A stretch of 64,000 nt of DNA, taken from Camelus dromedarius. Its lineage: Eukaryota. Shown piece after piece: positions 26,171-40,726 of this stretch. Made by a program: the position numbers and the translations under genes. The notes beneath the pieces were generated by a model. That model had not been told where the DNA came from and ran no database searches. It worked only from the letters and a program-made list of their open reading frames with translations. The DNA is taken from positions 89,902,001-89,966,000 of the forward strand of contig NC_087437.1 in assembly GCF_036321535.1 (NCBI RefSeq). Reading direction: 5' to 3'. Positions within the stretch are counted from its first letter, which is position 1. Each line of letters opens with the position of its first letter.

Positions 26171-28016
26171 AATGGGATATGTCAAATTCAGTGTTAGTGA
26201 CATATTCACTGTCAATTTTGTATTGTTCAGCAGAATAGATTATCATATTTACTTCTCAAAACCATTATATTTTATGGTATTCTGAAATGAGATTATGTCC
26301 ATTTTCTAAATTAGAAAATATAGGATTAAAGACTAAATGACTCAATAATTACACTAGGTTGCTTAAACAGAAAGTAGTGGCACTTCACTTTAAAAATGCA
26401 AATATCATCAATGAAAGATGCATTATCTTCAGTAAGTTAGATCTGCTGAACCAGCAACGTAAGTCACATGGGAAAACGTGCAACAAAATTAGCTATAAAT
26501 CTGAAAACCCCCCAAAAAGTTTATCTATTTTTGCTTCTAGTTTTATAACTAACAACAACAAAAAAGATTATAAGTAACAACAACAAAAACTAATGGTAAC
26601 AGTGAGCCACAAATATTACTCAACTATAAACATTATGATTAATCAAGATTTAATTCTGGAAACTAAGTCAACTGCATATACTGATATTGTTCCTGGCTAT
26701 AAAAATTGCTATAGTTGCCAACAGATTTGATGAATAGCACATGTACTTGACAATAGTTTACTGATTTCCTAAGTTCTACATTGAATTTCCAAGTATTACC
26801 ATGTGGATTAACAGTAACCTTTCAAGAAAGACAATACTCAATTTATTGTATTTTCTGTAACATTTTTATCCAGAGTGGTATGACAACTCACATTAAACTT
26901 CCATGCAAACATAATATACTATATTTTCAAAAAATGTAATTTCAATTCAACATTTCATGAGGAAAACTTTTGTCCCCACAGTGACTCTGAAGAAACTGCC
27001 AGTGAACTCAGGGTCTATTGTAGACACTGGAAGATTTCCAAAACACTCACAAAAGTGCACCATAATGGGAGTAATAAAAGCAAGACATTTACCTCATGGG
27101 AATCTCTGAATGTGTTGCTGTCATGGGCATAGTCTAAATTTAGTTCTTGATAATTTCAGCACTTATGGCTGAAGTTACAAACCATATGGTAGTGGAGAAA
27201 ATTAGCCATATTTTAAAGAACCAGCCAAAAAGCTTTGCTTATTTCAGCCAACAAAAGTGTCTTCCATAGAAGTATCTGGTCACAAAACAGCTCATCAAAT
27301 GATAAATTATTCTGGTTTTGGTATTACTGCTCATTTGCTTAATTCACATTAAAAGGCATTTAAGTTTTGCAGAGAAAAAGCAAACCATAACAAAATCAAA
27401 GTTATAATACTAATTTTCAAGTTCCAGTCAATTTGCTGATATTTGGCAAGTATTAATAAAATAAAAACAGGAATTTGTATGGAATTGAAATAGCACCACT
27501 ATCATCTGTTGAGATTTAAACTGGACATTTTAGCAAAGGTGTATATTTTGATTAATACTAATTGTTCAAAATCTCCCTATTATTTTTTGTTGATTTTAAG
27601 ACATCATTTCTCTTAGTAATATAAAAACATAGACACACTAATATTCAAAATGATTGTTAGAATGTTATTGCTTTAAAACATTTAGGCTATCAAATATACA
27701 AAGCTTTTATAAGGAAAGTAGCTGTTTCAGTGACAAAGTAATTTTAGGGAAAGACTTAATTGCCTAGTTAATTTCCTGCTTCCTCCCTGATTTCTCTTAT
27801 CTATATTTTCATATAACTTCATTACTGGCTCAAGTGGAAGAGACATTCATTCAAATTGTGGATGCACCTATGGCCTAGTTTGCCCTTTTATAACTAGTGA
27901 AAGACTTATTTCAATACACAAATGTGAATATTTTAGCCATAAAATTCTGTAATTCATGGAATAAGAATATGTTATAGATATGTAATAGAAAACAGAATTG
28001 AGCTTTTATTATATGT

Positions 28017-28520
28017 AATCCATTCATTATTCAATGCATGTTTATTGAGCTGTAGTGTGCCAGCTGCTGTCCTAGGTGCTGGAAATACTGTGGAGCAGTA
28101 TGAAAAGGGGCTGGAGGTGATGGGAAATATTTTAGATACGGTGTTCAAGAGTGCCTCTCTGAAGAGATGATATTTGAGCTGATATCTGAAGTGATGAGAC
28201 TGAGCAACTGTCTGCAAAGAAGAGTGATCCTTGCCCAGATAAAAGTGGGGACAAAAGTCCTTACTGTGAGCACAAGTTTGGTGTTTTTGAGCAATTAAAA
28301 ATAAATTCAGTTGAAAAGATTTTTTTTTTTAAACTGGGAAATTATTCTAAAAACTACAACAAGAAAGATAAGAAGTGACCAGACATGCCTTGTAGGCAGA
28401 GAAACAGGTTTGGATTTTTCTTCTCTATTGGCAATAGAACTTTAGTAGACAGTCTTAAGCAGGGGATCTGGTTGATATTTTAAAAGATCTAACTGCTCTG
28501 ATGGAGGGGATTATATGGAG
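28017..28520 (-). mobile_element. L2a-like 3' fragment
   Basis: 'cattcattattcaatgcatgtttattgagc...tgtgccag...ctaggtgctggaaatac'. Confidence 0.8.
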
Positions 28521-28699
28521 AAATGTGATCAAAGGTGAAAACCTAATTAGCATTTAGAGATTTTAAGAGGTAAATGCTTAACTTTATTTCTTAGTAAGTC
28601 TACTTTTAATGCCACATTCACTATGCCTACTGAATTATTCCAAACTAATACTTGATATAAATTTTACATATCTTCCTAATAAAAACAAACTTTCAAGTA

Positions 28700-28866
28700 T
28701 TATCCTGGACTGTACAAATATCATTTACCTCAGTTAAAAATGCAGATTCTTTGACTTCATCTTTATATCTTTTGAATTAGTGTCTGGGGATAGAACCTAA
28801 GAAGATACACTTTTTAATAATCTACTCAGGTGAGTTTTATGCATGTGAACATTTAAGAACCATTGT
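28700..28866. mobile_element. MER5A-like MITE
   Basis: 'aaaaatgcagattctttg...caggtgagttttatgca...tttaagaaccattg'. Confidence 0.7.
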
Positions 28867-29389
28867 TCTGAGGAGTGGACTGTTCCTACAATGCAGACCT
28901 GGCAGTAATGCCAGGTAAGACTTCCAACAAAAAAGAATTCTCAAATTGAATCCTGAATGAGAAGTCAATGTGTGCCAAGAGAATGTGATAAAAGTATTTT
29001 CTATGCAACATGATACACAATTAAAGATGGTCAGGAGGTGTCTGAATGGAAGTTTATCATGATTAGATCTCAGGGATATGAGGGAAGCAGGGCCAGGGTG
29101 GGAGGAAGAAACCAACCCAAGGAATATCTGAATCTTGCAAATTCATGAACTGACCAAGCATGGCAAAGATCCAGGCCCTAAAACCTCGCATAATCACCAC
29201 AACTATGAATAATAGAGGATAAATAATTAGAGGAAAAAATGTATTGCAAATATCTAAAGTGAATCAAGAACATTTTATCTGTTTTTGTCTGTTTACTGTT
29301 TGTCATTTATTTACATCATAGGTATTAATGTCAAACCCCTACAGAGACCAGGTGGTAGAGAAAAACAAATAAACAGAAACATTTAATAA

Positions 29390-29830
29390 CCACCTGACAC
29401 ATATCAACTCATTTAAACATTATAACAGCCCTATGAAATAGGTGCTTTCATTATTCCCATATTATAAATGAGGAATTTGAAAAATTTAATGAAACACAGT
29501 TGTGTAACTTATCTGCTCATCTCTAATTAATTTTGTTACCTGTCTGGTCTGCTGTGTATCTACAGAATGTATAAAGTCAAAGTCCACTGTGAATCTCTGC
29601 AATGGTAGGTTTTTGCATTAGCCAGGCATTAGACGACCTACAGGTCACCTCCGTTTAGATGTCTGCCTTGCGAAAGTTACTTGTCCTCTGTGTGTAAAGG
29701 AACCTTCTTATAAAATGTCAACTTCATAGCATTTTATTTTTTGCAAAGATTAAATGGTAAAATACATGCAAGCCATCTAATAGCACGTGCCTGACATCTA
29801 AGAGGCCATAGATAATTGCCATTGCTTTAA
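29390..29830. mobile_element. Two MIR fragments, antisense then sense
   Basis: 'aacagccctatgaaataggt...attattcccatattataaatgagga' and 'aagattaaatggtaaaatacatgcaa...gtgcctgaca'. Confidence 0.65.
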
Positions 29831-31314
29831 TCTCCCTTCCCCCTTGCAAACTGCATTTACTAAAATATCTATTATTAATTTGCAACCAATCACATCAACT
29901 CACCTATAAAAATTAGTCAGTTCAAATGTTGTTCTCAGTGTTGTTGATTAGGCCATTTTCTCTCTGACCTCTTTATCATCAGCCTTTGCTGGTCTTTACT
30001 CCTTATTGCACCACTTTAGTGTCTTGTTTCTTTCAGCAGAGAATTTGCCCACCATTTTGTTGACAAAATTGGGATGACATTTCTGAAGCACAAATAAGTT
30101 TGGCATTTAAATATTAAATGGAAATTAAGTTTTATTATCCTTTGTACTTTCAATAAAGTACTATCCATAAGATATTCCAAAGTATCTTTGATTAGTTACT
30201 TGAAAATTCATATATATGTTCATATATATTATGGCCATAATATACCACATGGAGTTCACAGAGATTGCTATTATATGTATGTACATAAACTATTACCTGT
30301 GTTTTATATGCTTTCAAAACTAACTGCATAAATAAGTTTTTTTATAAAATCATAATCCTCACATCTAAAATAGAGAAAGATCTTATTTCAAATACTTACT
30401 ATGTTTTGAGCTTAAATACATGATGTTATGCCACATTAAGAAAACAGGAAAAACCTAGAATGATAACAATATAGTACTTTTATGGCCCTTAATTTTTGGA
30501 ATATTAAGAGAAAAATGATAAAAAGTCAAATAATCAAAAATAAATGTGGACACACATGTAAAGAACTCTGTGGATTTAAAGTATTCTCATGGAATAACCC
30601 TTCAAACTTTTGTTATTTCTTGTTATAGGATACCTGCGTGAGTTAAATACATAAGTATTTAATAGATATATTATGCAGGTAAATCCTATAGCAAGCAAAT
30701 GTATATATACGGAAAGAAGAAGAGAGAGACTACAAAATATTTCTATATTATAGAGAGCTATAATTAGTAAATGACTGCAATGGAGTGTTAGGAGTTAAGA
30801 TGCTGAAATCCTAGATAGATTGCAGGAGTGAAATAGATGCCACTACATTTTTTGTTTAGCAGTAAAGCAGAAATAAAAAGAACATAAAATTCTTGGGTTT
30901 GATTGATATACCAACACGATGACTAAACAGAGCTGCAAGTAACAGCTGTAAATAACATCAGGTACTTCTAAAGCAGAGCCACCTTCTGCAAAGGCAGAAT
31001 TATTATGTAATTATATCTACTTTTCCAAGTTGCAAACTATTCCCTGGCAGGGATCCACTTCTTCATTCATTACGATTCAATATAATTTGAGCTGCTAAGG
31101 TAAAGTGTCTCCCGGCAGGAGGCTGCAAATGAATCCTGCTGATGCTTTTATTACTACCGATTCATACTGTTCGGCCCAACATTCAAACAACTCCAGCGCT
31201 TGGGGAAGCGTTTGCAAGTGGTTTATTTTGAAATAGAGCAGAGAACCACATCAGGATGAGAAAATCTAGGGAATCCAGTAAAAGTCATACCAACAGGCAA
31301 TCAGTTTGCCGTAC

Positions 31315-31398
31315 CTGTACCAGAGTTGATCGCACACAATTGTCCAAATTCTCTAACTGGTTTATATCTTCAATAAAAACTTTAAACTTTATTTTCAA
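31315..31398 (-). CDS. Internal coding exon (84 nt, phase 0-0) of an unidentified gene: LKIKFKVFIEDINQLENLDNCVRSTLVQ
   Basis: Acceptor ttcatttctcattttag|TTG, donor CAG|gtacgg; only frame 0 is open; not in a recognisable repeat; phase-compatible with 34878-34937. Confidence 0.65.
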
Positions 31399-31774
31399 CT
31401 AAAATGAGAAATGAACTGTTGGAGGGCTGATATTTTCCTTGCTGTATATTCCTTTATTTGGGTATTATTTTTGTTTTATTTTGTTATCGGGTATAATTTT
31501 ATCTTTTTATTTTTTGTCCCTCAAATTTTAAGTAACAGAGTGTTAGATTTTTAGTGAAGAAAAAGCCATAATTATCTTCATTTGAGTACCTCTGGCGAAA
31601 TTATATCTCATATGCTGCAGCTATATGGTTGGTCATTTCACAGGCTCACAATATAGAATACTAAATTTTAATGTTAAAACATTTTGATTCAAATAGCCTT
31701 TTTCTATTTTCTTATATGACTAACATTTACTACAAATGTATTATTTTTACATATCTACACATAGTTCTTTTGCA

Positions 31775-31890
31775 TTTGTATGTATAGATACATATATATA
31801 CAAAATATATGTGTATATATATACTCACATATGGATATATATGAATATTTACATAAGGATGTGTGTATATGTCTATATATACACATACAC
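31775..31890. repeat. Degenerate TA/TG/CA low-complexity tract
   Basis: Directly visible. Confidence 0.8.
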
Positions 31891-33999
31891 AATTGGAACC
31901 TTATAGAAAGACAATTAAGATCCATTCCAAATTGCTGGTCCTTAAAGTACATCTCTGCAGGGAAGGTGAAATGGTTTCCGAAAGGAAGCAGAATTACAAA
32001 GCCAGCATCTAGAAGAAAGCTTCACTGTTCTTGGGACTGAATTATATTCAGTAATACAAAAGGTCATCATTTTACTGACCTTCTAACTAATGTTGACTAT
32101 GAGTGGTTTCTAGACACTCACAAAATAATAAAGGGATATTTACTAAAAAACAAACAATTTTAATGAAAGTTTAGTTTATTGCTACTATTTTAAAGTGCAA
32201 TGCAGTCTTTTCTTTGAGTCCCTTACTAATACTAATGAAAGCAATTTAACTAAAATTCCTACATAGTGCTCAATGAAAACTTCTCTAGTTTGACCCTACA
32301 GTCTCCACAAGCTGTTTGAAGGACCAGTGCCTTTAGCTGTGGCAGTTAAATATTCATCCACAGTAACGGGTTTCATTTCTGCTCTCACTGATTGAAGCCA
32401 AGCTATGTGCACTGACTTGATATGCCAGCAGGCAATTTCAACTTCCCTTTCATGTGTATCTAACTGCTTTCAAGGAAATAAAGGGAGAAAATATGGCATC
32501 ATTAAAAATAGAATGCACAATGCTAAAAGTTAGGGAAAAAAAAGACATTCATAGTAATAATTACAGTTCCTGCAATTTACAGATTTTGAGTTAATAACTG
32601 ATATTCTTCAATTACATAAGAAACTTTTCTGCCATCAATATAAACTGACAAAGTAAATGCTGTTTTATTGACAATATTTTTAGAAAATCAGGTAAAGTTA
32701 TTAAAAATTATTAAAAATTAAATAATAAGATATAAATATCTACCTAGAAATAGTTTCCCGTAATTTCTAAGTGTGAGAAGACATAACTCAGTCATGGATG
32801 TCATTTTTTTTTTTTTTATCAGAAGAAAGATTATTACCCTTCATGGGTGAGACATTTGATTTATTCTACTGAGATTCATTTCATTTCATTGTAAATTAAA
32901 CTGTTTAACTCAACATTTTCAATACTACCTGCTACTGAAGGGACATCAGTGATAACTAAGAGAGAGCTGATAGATCAGCTATATTCATATTAAATAGGAT
33001 GTTTGTAATTATTGTCATAGGCAGGCTGTCACTTTGATATCATTTAATCTTTTCCCTTTCTTATGACCTTTCAATTTAACTAGAAAGTATTCCTCAACTG
33101 CAAATCTCCAAAGCACACACTATGTAAAATACTACTACAGTATTCAGGTTTTCATCCAAGCCAATTAGTAATATACATTTAATTTATAAGCATTGGTTAC
33201 AAAACTGATAAAGATTTACTATTACTAAAAATGCAATAATGTGCATATGTTTAGATATATAATTTGGCCTTCTGATTTTAAAATAATATTGTATAATTTC
33301 AAAGAATTTTGCTTTATATACAATTTTCCAAAATGAATGACAGTGAAGTTTGATATGAAAGCAGGATCAAAGTATCTGTTGATTTATAATATTTTAAATA
33401 TAAATATTGAGAGCAATTCATAAAAGCAGATTTAAAATCAGTGTTTTATTTTTAATTAAAGTACAACAGAGAGAAACTTAGTTCTGATACACAGAACCTA
33501 CATTCATTTTAAATTATCTCTAGATCACAGCATAGAATAAAAGTTTATTACTTATATAAAGTTAAAAATCATGACGGGTAGGCACCTTCTCACATACCCT
33601 AAGTCTTCTCCATTTTCACTCTTCTAAACATTCCTAGTAAATATTATGAATAATAAAACGCTTTCAGAAAGTTAACATTCTCACTGAGGTACACATTTAG
33701 ACTGCATCTCTACAATTTTAAAGGATATTAGGGGCTTTTATTCAATGGGATGCAACAAAAACATATTACTTTGTTGAGTGAAATTACACATTACCAAGAA
33801 GACCATGTAGCGTTTGTCTACTTAAAGTTATGCTTAATAATACTAGAGGAAATAAAATACAGGAATGCAGCTGAAGTCCTGCCAAATTACCCAAGTTTGA
33901 TAAAGAATTTAGATCTGAGTTTTCAGGGAGCATAAATTTTTTTAAAAAAGATGTAAGATATAGCAGTAACAGCAGTAGTATCAAAAACTATTCACTGAG

Positions 34000-34205
34000 C
34001 AATTTTAAGGACTGTAGGAATGATGCTAATAACTTTAAAGGCCAATGTGTTTTTATTTTTTCCTCATATAAATCCTGTGTGGGAGTAATGTACCTATTTT
34101 CCAGGTGAGCAAATTGAAGCTAGAAAGTTAACCAATATTAAGCTGATATTTGAACCCCCATGTCTCTAGTTATGACAGCCATCTACTTCCCCAGTCTATC
34201 ACATG
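34000..34205 (-). mobile_element. MIR fragment
   Basis: 'cctattttccaggtgagcaaattgaagctag...tttgaacccc'. Confidence 0.55.
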
Positions 34206-34877
34206 GACTTAAAATAATGAACAATATTTGTTCATGAGACAAAAACATTTTTCCAATTGATCTTCATAGCCAGGGAACAATGCAAATTAAGTAGTAGATT
34301 ATAACTCCCGAAAGTAAATTTATAGACCAGCTTGCAGGATGTGTTCTCAGTGTGTCCCTCCACACAAGGCAGGAGTATAATGTGAAGATGAGTTTCTACG
34401 AACACTATAAACACTCTCTATGAGAAGCCAACCCATTATGCACCAGGTCTACAACTGTCTGACTTGATTTTGGGATATGATTACACATGTGAATTGTTAA
34501 AATTAACTGGATTTTCAACAAAAATTATTCAATTCAGGTTCAAATTGTTGTCAAATAACCTAACTGTAGGTAGTATATCCACACATACACTGTCTATAAT
34601 TAAGCAAAAAAGCTTCTTGGTTAAACTACCATGAACACCTGTTATAGAGTAAATCACTATAGACTTACATGAATTGGCCTGCTCTTCAGTATTTTCAAAT
34701 ATGCCAATTTTATACTGAAGAATTATGCAAAATATGATTTTTAGTTTTAAAGCAGCTGATCTTAAGCCAACACTTCTGACAGATGATTACTGAAACCATT
34801 AAATATAGTTAGCTATTAAAACATTGTTACAAATAGTAAAAAAAAAAAAAAGTCTCAAAATAAAGCAATACATTTAC

Positions 34878-34937
34878 CTCTTTTCCCAGTAGAGAGTGTG
34901 CTTCAAAATCATCCGCAATAATTACACAATTACTTTT
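34878..34937 (-). CDS. Internal coding exon (60 nt, phase 0-0) of an unidentified gene: KSNCVIIADDFEAHSLLGKE
   Basis: Acceptor ctcctttttcttttaag|AAA, donor GAG|gtaaat; only frame 0 is open; length divisible by 3; not in a recognisable repeat. Confidence 0.65.
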
Positions 34938-35624
34938 CTTAAAAGAAAAAGGAGACTACTATGAAACTTCCAAATATTGTATCTTTGAACCATTCATACA
35001 ATACTCTTGAAGTAACAGTTTATAAGAGAACTGTGAATGGAAATGCTGTCTTATGAATCAAGAGTTATGAGGTGATTGATGTTATTTGAATTGACACAGT
35101 GTATTTATAAAATTTTCCAGTTTAGGGACACACCAAACAACTTCCTACAAAACAAGAACTCAACATAAGAGGAATGTAGTATCTCTCTAACTTACCCTCT
35201 GCCCTCTCATCTCACCCTGTTTTTTCTCATCTAAGTACTCTTGTCTACGCTCAGCCCAGGGATCTCACACTTAACAGTGTGTGCCTGGATCATTCAGTTC
35301 CTGTGCCTACCACCTGCTTCTTTTATCGGGAAAGAAAAGACAACTTAGTATTGATGTTAATCCCTACGCAGTCAACATAACACCTTTATTTGAAAAAATG
35401 AATCAAGGATCTTTAGTAAACTTAATTAAAGATACATATTTTTCAAAAATATTTAAATTAACCCTGTAAACCTGAAAGGGCATATGCTTCCCACATCAAT
35501 AAAGCTAATGTCCAGTGCCATTTTATTAAGCCACTTCAGGTGCTAAATGGAGCAGAAGCTATGTGTAGTTAATATGTGCATTGAAAAGAAATAAAATGCT
35601 TTCTTACTAGTTGTGATAAATGGC

Positions 35625-36057
35625 ATTTTGTTCTCAATTCTGCCTTTCTTACCAGCCCATGCTATGACTTCACTGTTGGTGAAATAAACATCACTGCCTC
35701 GTTGAGTTTGGGTGCAGCCATTTGATTTGCTTTGACCACTGGAATGTGGGCAGACATGAGCCATGTTGCCACAGCAGAAACTTTAAATGTGGCTGCATGA
35801 TTTGTCTTGGCCTTTTCTACTCCTGTCAATCACCGTGAGAAGCACTTGCTCCAGTAACTCACGGGCTCTTTGAACTGGAGCCAAGAATAAGAGACATATG
35901 AGTCAGACCTGACCTCAACCCAGAGCCTGAAGCCCATCCCAAATGAATCCAGAACAACCCCAGAAAGCCTACAGACTCATGAGTGAGAAATAAATGCACA
36001 GGCCTCTGAGGTTTGGGGTGGTTTATAACATCTTCCTGTTGCAATACCTGACCAACA
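35625..36057 (+). mobile_element. MaLR solo LTR (MLT1H/I-like)
   Basis: 'tttgctttgaccactggaatgtgggcaga...gactcatgagtgagaaataaatgc...ctctgaggtttggggtggttt...ctgaccaaca'. Confidence 0.8.
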
Positions 36058-39000
36058 GTAGTTGCAAACAAATAAACTGAGGTTTTTAAAACCCAGTGGA
36101 GAAAGGAGTGGGGAGTATGATGGTTAGTCACCAACATGAGTATGTACCTTTAAACAGTGGAAGAAAATAAAGTCAGTAGGTTTAGGCTAACATTTGTTGA
36201 AGGGGGAAAGATGGTTAAAGAACAATAAATCTTCAGAGGAAGAATCAACTACAAAAACCAGGTAAAAGAACTTGTGGAAGATTGCATGTGATAATTCTAG
36301 ATAGGAAAATACAAAAAGACAAGAGAAAACACACACGTAATGCCAGCAAGTCTACATGAACTAAACTACCGTAAAGTACCTAAAGATATCCTATTCTTAA
36401 AATGCATCTTAGATTTACAACATTCCTTTAACATGGAGATAATAAATTAGTTTGGTGCAGAGAACAAGATTAGCACTGTATGTAGAATTTGTATTTGACA
36501 TATCTTAAAGAAATACTAGACAGAGATTTATATTTAACAACAGAATATAGTGTCTTAATTATAAAGTAAACTATTGCTCTGCATTTCTCCTTTCAAAAAA
36601 AAAAAAAAAAAGAAGAGTCCTCCAAATCATTATCATTATTTGTGGTGATGGGGAAGGACTTCTATCTACAAAATCTACTTGTAAGAATTCAGACCTTGTT
36701 TCTAACCATATGTGACCATATGGAAATAGGCCATCTCTCATGTAAGGTAAGGAACTGTTTGAATTTCTAATTTTCTAAGTTTATAGTTTTATCTGTATTC
36801 ATATCTTTCATGTGCCAATTTTAACTTACATATATACTTTCATTTTGTGAAACTACAGTAATCCTTGGAGAAGATGTAAGCAGTGGAATGCAAATGGGAA
36901 ATTCTTTTGTGCTCTTGTTGTGTAGTGTTTACTCACTTTTCACCTTGTTATCTACAAAACATGAAAATGCCTAGGTAGGCAGGCATAGCACTTCAGTCTG
37001 ACAAGTTGTCATCATGCTCAGGCCAGTGCTGGTTTTGTGATTGCTGGATGTGTCAGAAACGTTGCGATGGATTTAAAAAATCTGAAAACCCTGTGTTCAT
37101 TATCCAAATCATAGGATTTTCTCAGATTTCCAAGGGAAAGGAAATAAAAAAAAGATCTGAAGCAATAGAATCTAGTAGAAATGAGTATCTCCCCAGAATA
37201 AACTTGAGTCTATTTCATTACAGGCTCTCATGGTTACAACAGAGTAATTGCACTGAACCAAGAGAGGACGTATAAAGACATAACACATTTCAAGTATAAG
37301 TTACTTTCTATTATATGTACTGGGCAAAATATATCTAAGAATTTAATGCAAAATTTCAAAGTTAGTTAGTGATTCTAATAGGTAGATGCTTATAAATTAT
37401 TAACATAGGAATATGATGTCCCCTCAGAATCATTCTCTCCTTATTTCATTTAAAATGTTTCATTCATGAGCAGACATTACCTTTTATGTAAAAAAACAAC
37501 TCATAGAACTTAAAAGCAGCTTCTATACACTCGTTTATATAACACATCTCTGAAGCACAATTCATCATCTTATTTTTTTAAATATATAATTGTAAAACAT
37601 AGTTTTTGATAATCTGGCAGATACTGGATTTACTACAATGTAGCTAGAAAACCACTGCATGTTTCTGTCAGAAAAGAGGACAACTTACATACTGGTGTTT
37701 AAATACAGTACCATTATTAGAGGAAGCCTCTCACTGTTGAAGAACATTATCTTGACATAGCATTCTTTGAGCTTTATTTCCTTTTTTAAAAAAATAACAA
37801 AGAACATCTTACTTCAAAATGGAAAGCATGAGAAAGTGGATGTCACCTCAAAATAACATTTTAACAACCAGAACGAACTCAAAAAAAAAAAAAAACTGCC
37901 ATATAAAATGGTATTCTTCCAAATCTTAGAAGTATTTGCCTAAGTTAGATATTCACCAGCACAGTCACAAAAAAATATGGCAGCATTGGGGAAAGGTGGG
38001 GATAGATCAGTTTTTGATCTTTAACATTTCTAACTGTAGCAATACCCCCAGGACTGATACTTTGTGTCATAATCTAGATTATATCAAATCATTGTTGAAA
38101 AGACGATGTTTTGAGGATTGCACAGACATTTAAAATTAAAATTTTCTTTCGAAAAATATTTTGTATGTTCAGTACTTCTACAAAAATGCTGGCTGGCACT
38201 GAGAGAGTATACTATTAGTAACGAAGTAATCACTATTCATACGTTTACATCTCAATCTATGGATACTTCTTAAAGGAATTTTCACTAAGTTTTTCCTTCA
38301 TAATAGTCCCAATATTGTATTTGTCTATCTATTATCCTTATACATAGGTGTATGTGTGTGTGTTCACTGCTTGCTCTAAGAATTTTACACATAAAATTCT
38401 ATCATTTTACATTAAGTTTTAAAATGCACTTTTCTACAGGAAAATGCAAGCCAAATAATAAAGATGTCTTGTTTATTCGATTACACTATTTATGTTCTTT
38501 GTTTTAAAACAGTACATGATATAAATATTTCTAGTTGTTCATTCTAATACCATCTCTTTAGCTTTAATTCTATTCCATGTCAATCCATCACTCTGGTATC
38601 CATGGACTTGACAAAAGAGAGGATACTGGGTTATTGGACATGAGTCACTTTTGCTTGCCAATAGCTTAAAGCTTTGGCATCATATTCAGTGTCTATTCAC
38701 ACATGTGAGCATAACTATCACTTTCATGAAAAGACATTTAATCACACTTTGTAGTCAGCTTTGTATAATAGATTGTAAAATGATTTTTATAAGTTGATGG
38801 GTTGCTTTGTGTTTGTCTTTTTAGAATTTCTAACAGTCTGAGATTTAGGAAATTTAGTTACAAATTTGCTTTGCTCTTATGTAAGCAATGTTGAGTTTTA
38901 GTTACTCATTGACATGCATTGAGAATAGAGGCAAGGGGTGGTGGTGGAACTCTTCCTTAAAGATAAGATGCATGATCACACTATCTAAATCTCTTTCTAA

Positions 39001-39889
39001 GGGATGAAAAGAATTTCAAGTGTAAACTCCTGAATATGAAAGAAACAAACTTCTAGAAAGGCAAAAGCAAGGAAGAAGTGATCTTCAAGATATCTTAATC
39101 CTCAGAAGTCCTTTCACAGCAACTCTTGAAATAACACTGATGGGTCTGATTCAGATAAGCTAGTTTCTTCCCTCAGAGAGCTTATAATCAAAAGACCCAA
39201 ACTGAATTTAACCTATGATTGCAAGGATGAGGTGGTTTATGTAACTGACAGACAGTGATCTGCACTGACCGAGGGTCCCTTGAGTGATACAGCAAGGAAA
39301 CTGGTAAAATGAGGATTGATACTGCAGTTGGTTTAAGATGTTGGTTTCCTTCTTTCTTTCCTCTTTCCACTCCTCCCTCCCTTCCCTTGCTTTCTTTCTT
39401 TGTTGACAGCTTAATTTCCTATAGCATTTTTTTCCCTAAAAAAAAAGAATTTCCAAGGAGTGAATATCTATAAATCTAGGTGCTGGTGACACATAGTTTT
39501 TGTAATTTCAAGAGACACACTGCCTGAAATGATGCTTATATTTTCATCCACTGTATGTCAATACTCACGGCACCTTCACTGCTAAAGTAACAGGCAGAGT
39601 GGTAGCACCCACAATTTGAATATTTTTGACCACACCCCATTGTGTATTCTGGATCCATGGGTTCTGGAAGAGGATTTATTGAGTTATGCTTTAATTTTTT
39701 GGAGGCATTTTTGTTCTCCTGTGAGATATTAAGGATTTTAAGTGTCTAATGTGTGTTTTGTTTTTCTTCTCATTTACCATTGAGCATGGTATGGTGTCTG
39801 GCCCTCTGGTGTTGAGTTGATATTCGTTCAGTTAATACTTGTTGAAGGAGATGCAGATAAACGCATGAGGAAATAACAATGGCTTTCTT

Positions 39890-40060
39890 TACCGAGGACT
39901 TGAAATATGCCAGGTGCTCATATCACACCACTATTATCATCATCTTACTAAGCAGGAAGTTAAGGCAGAGAGAGGTTAAATAAATTACCTAAAATTAACA
40001 ACTAATAAGTGGATTAGAACTCAGCCATAATTACTGGATTCTATGCTCTCAACCACTGTT
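39890..40060 (-). mobile_element. MIR fragment, preceded by an L2 3' end near 39700-39850
   Basis: 'taaggcagagagaggttaaataaattacc...ctatgctctcaaccactg'. Confidence 0.65.
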
Positions 40061-40330
40061 AAGCACTAACAGATGCAATCTAATGAGTGGCTAGGATTCA
40101 TACCACACGTTAGGAAAAGGCAACAGACAGTCTGAAGGCCTGATAAAGGGGCTAATCTGAATGTAAGAGTGAACTGGCTCTGTCAGAGGACACCAATACA
40201 CTCTGGACTGCCTAGGAACTATGTAACCCAATCCGGATCTTTATTTTGGGAATAAAGTGAAAAGTATGGAAACTATAGAAAGAATCCTGAATTTTGCAGT
40301 TACTTTTATAACAATAAAGTCTTAGTTAAA

Positions 40331-40368
40331 AAAGAAGGAAAGAAGGAAAGAAGGAAAGAAAGAAAGAA

Positions 40369-40439
<71 letters not shown>

Positions 40440-40441
40440 GA

Positions 40442-40529
<88 letters not shown>

Positions 40530-40531
40530 AA
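40331..40531. repeat. About 200-bp (GAAA)n tetranucleotide repeat
   Basis: Directly visible. Confidence 0.98.
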
Positions 40532-40634
40532 AGCAGTTGACTCAAACAGCATTCTCTTGATGTGAGAACCTGCCTGCGATGAGAAATAAGACAAAGAGGG
40601 TCGGCGTTTACTGTTTTGTTTTCTGGGTTTTTCG

Positions 40635-40664
40635 GAGAGAGAGAGAGAGAGAAAGAGAGAAAGA

Positions 40665-40722
<58 letters not shown>
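40635..40722. repeat. (GA)n microsatellite
   Basis: Directly visible. Confidence 0.97.

Positions 40723-40726
<4 letters not shown>

Noticed and set aside
37481..37549. 69-nt minus-strand exon candidate (MCYINECIEAAFKFYELFFYIK)
   Set aside because: Good donor but weak acceptor, and its only open frame is phase 1-1, which does not join the phase-0 exon at 34937.
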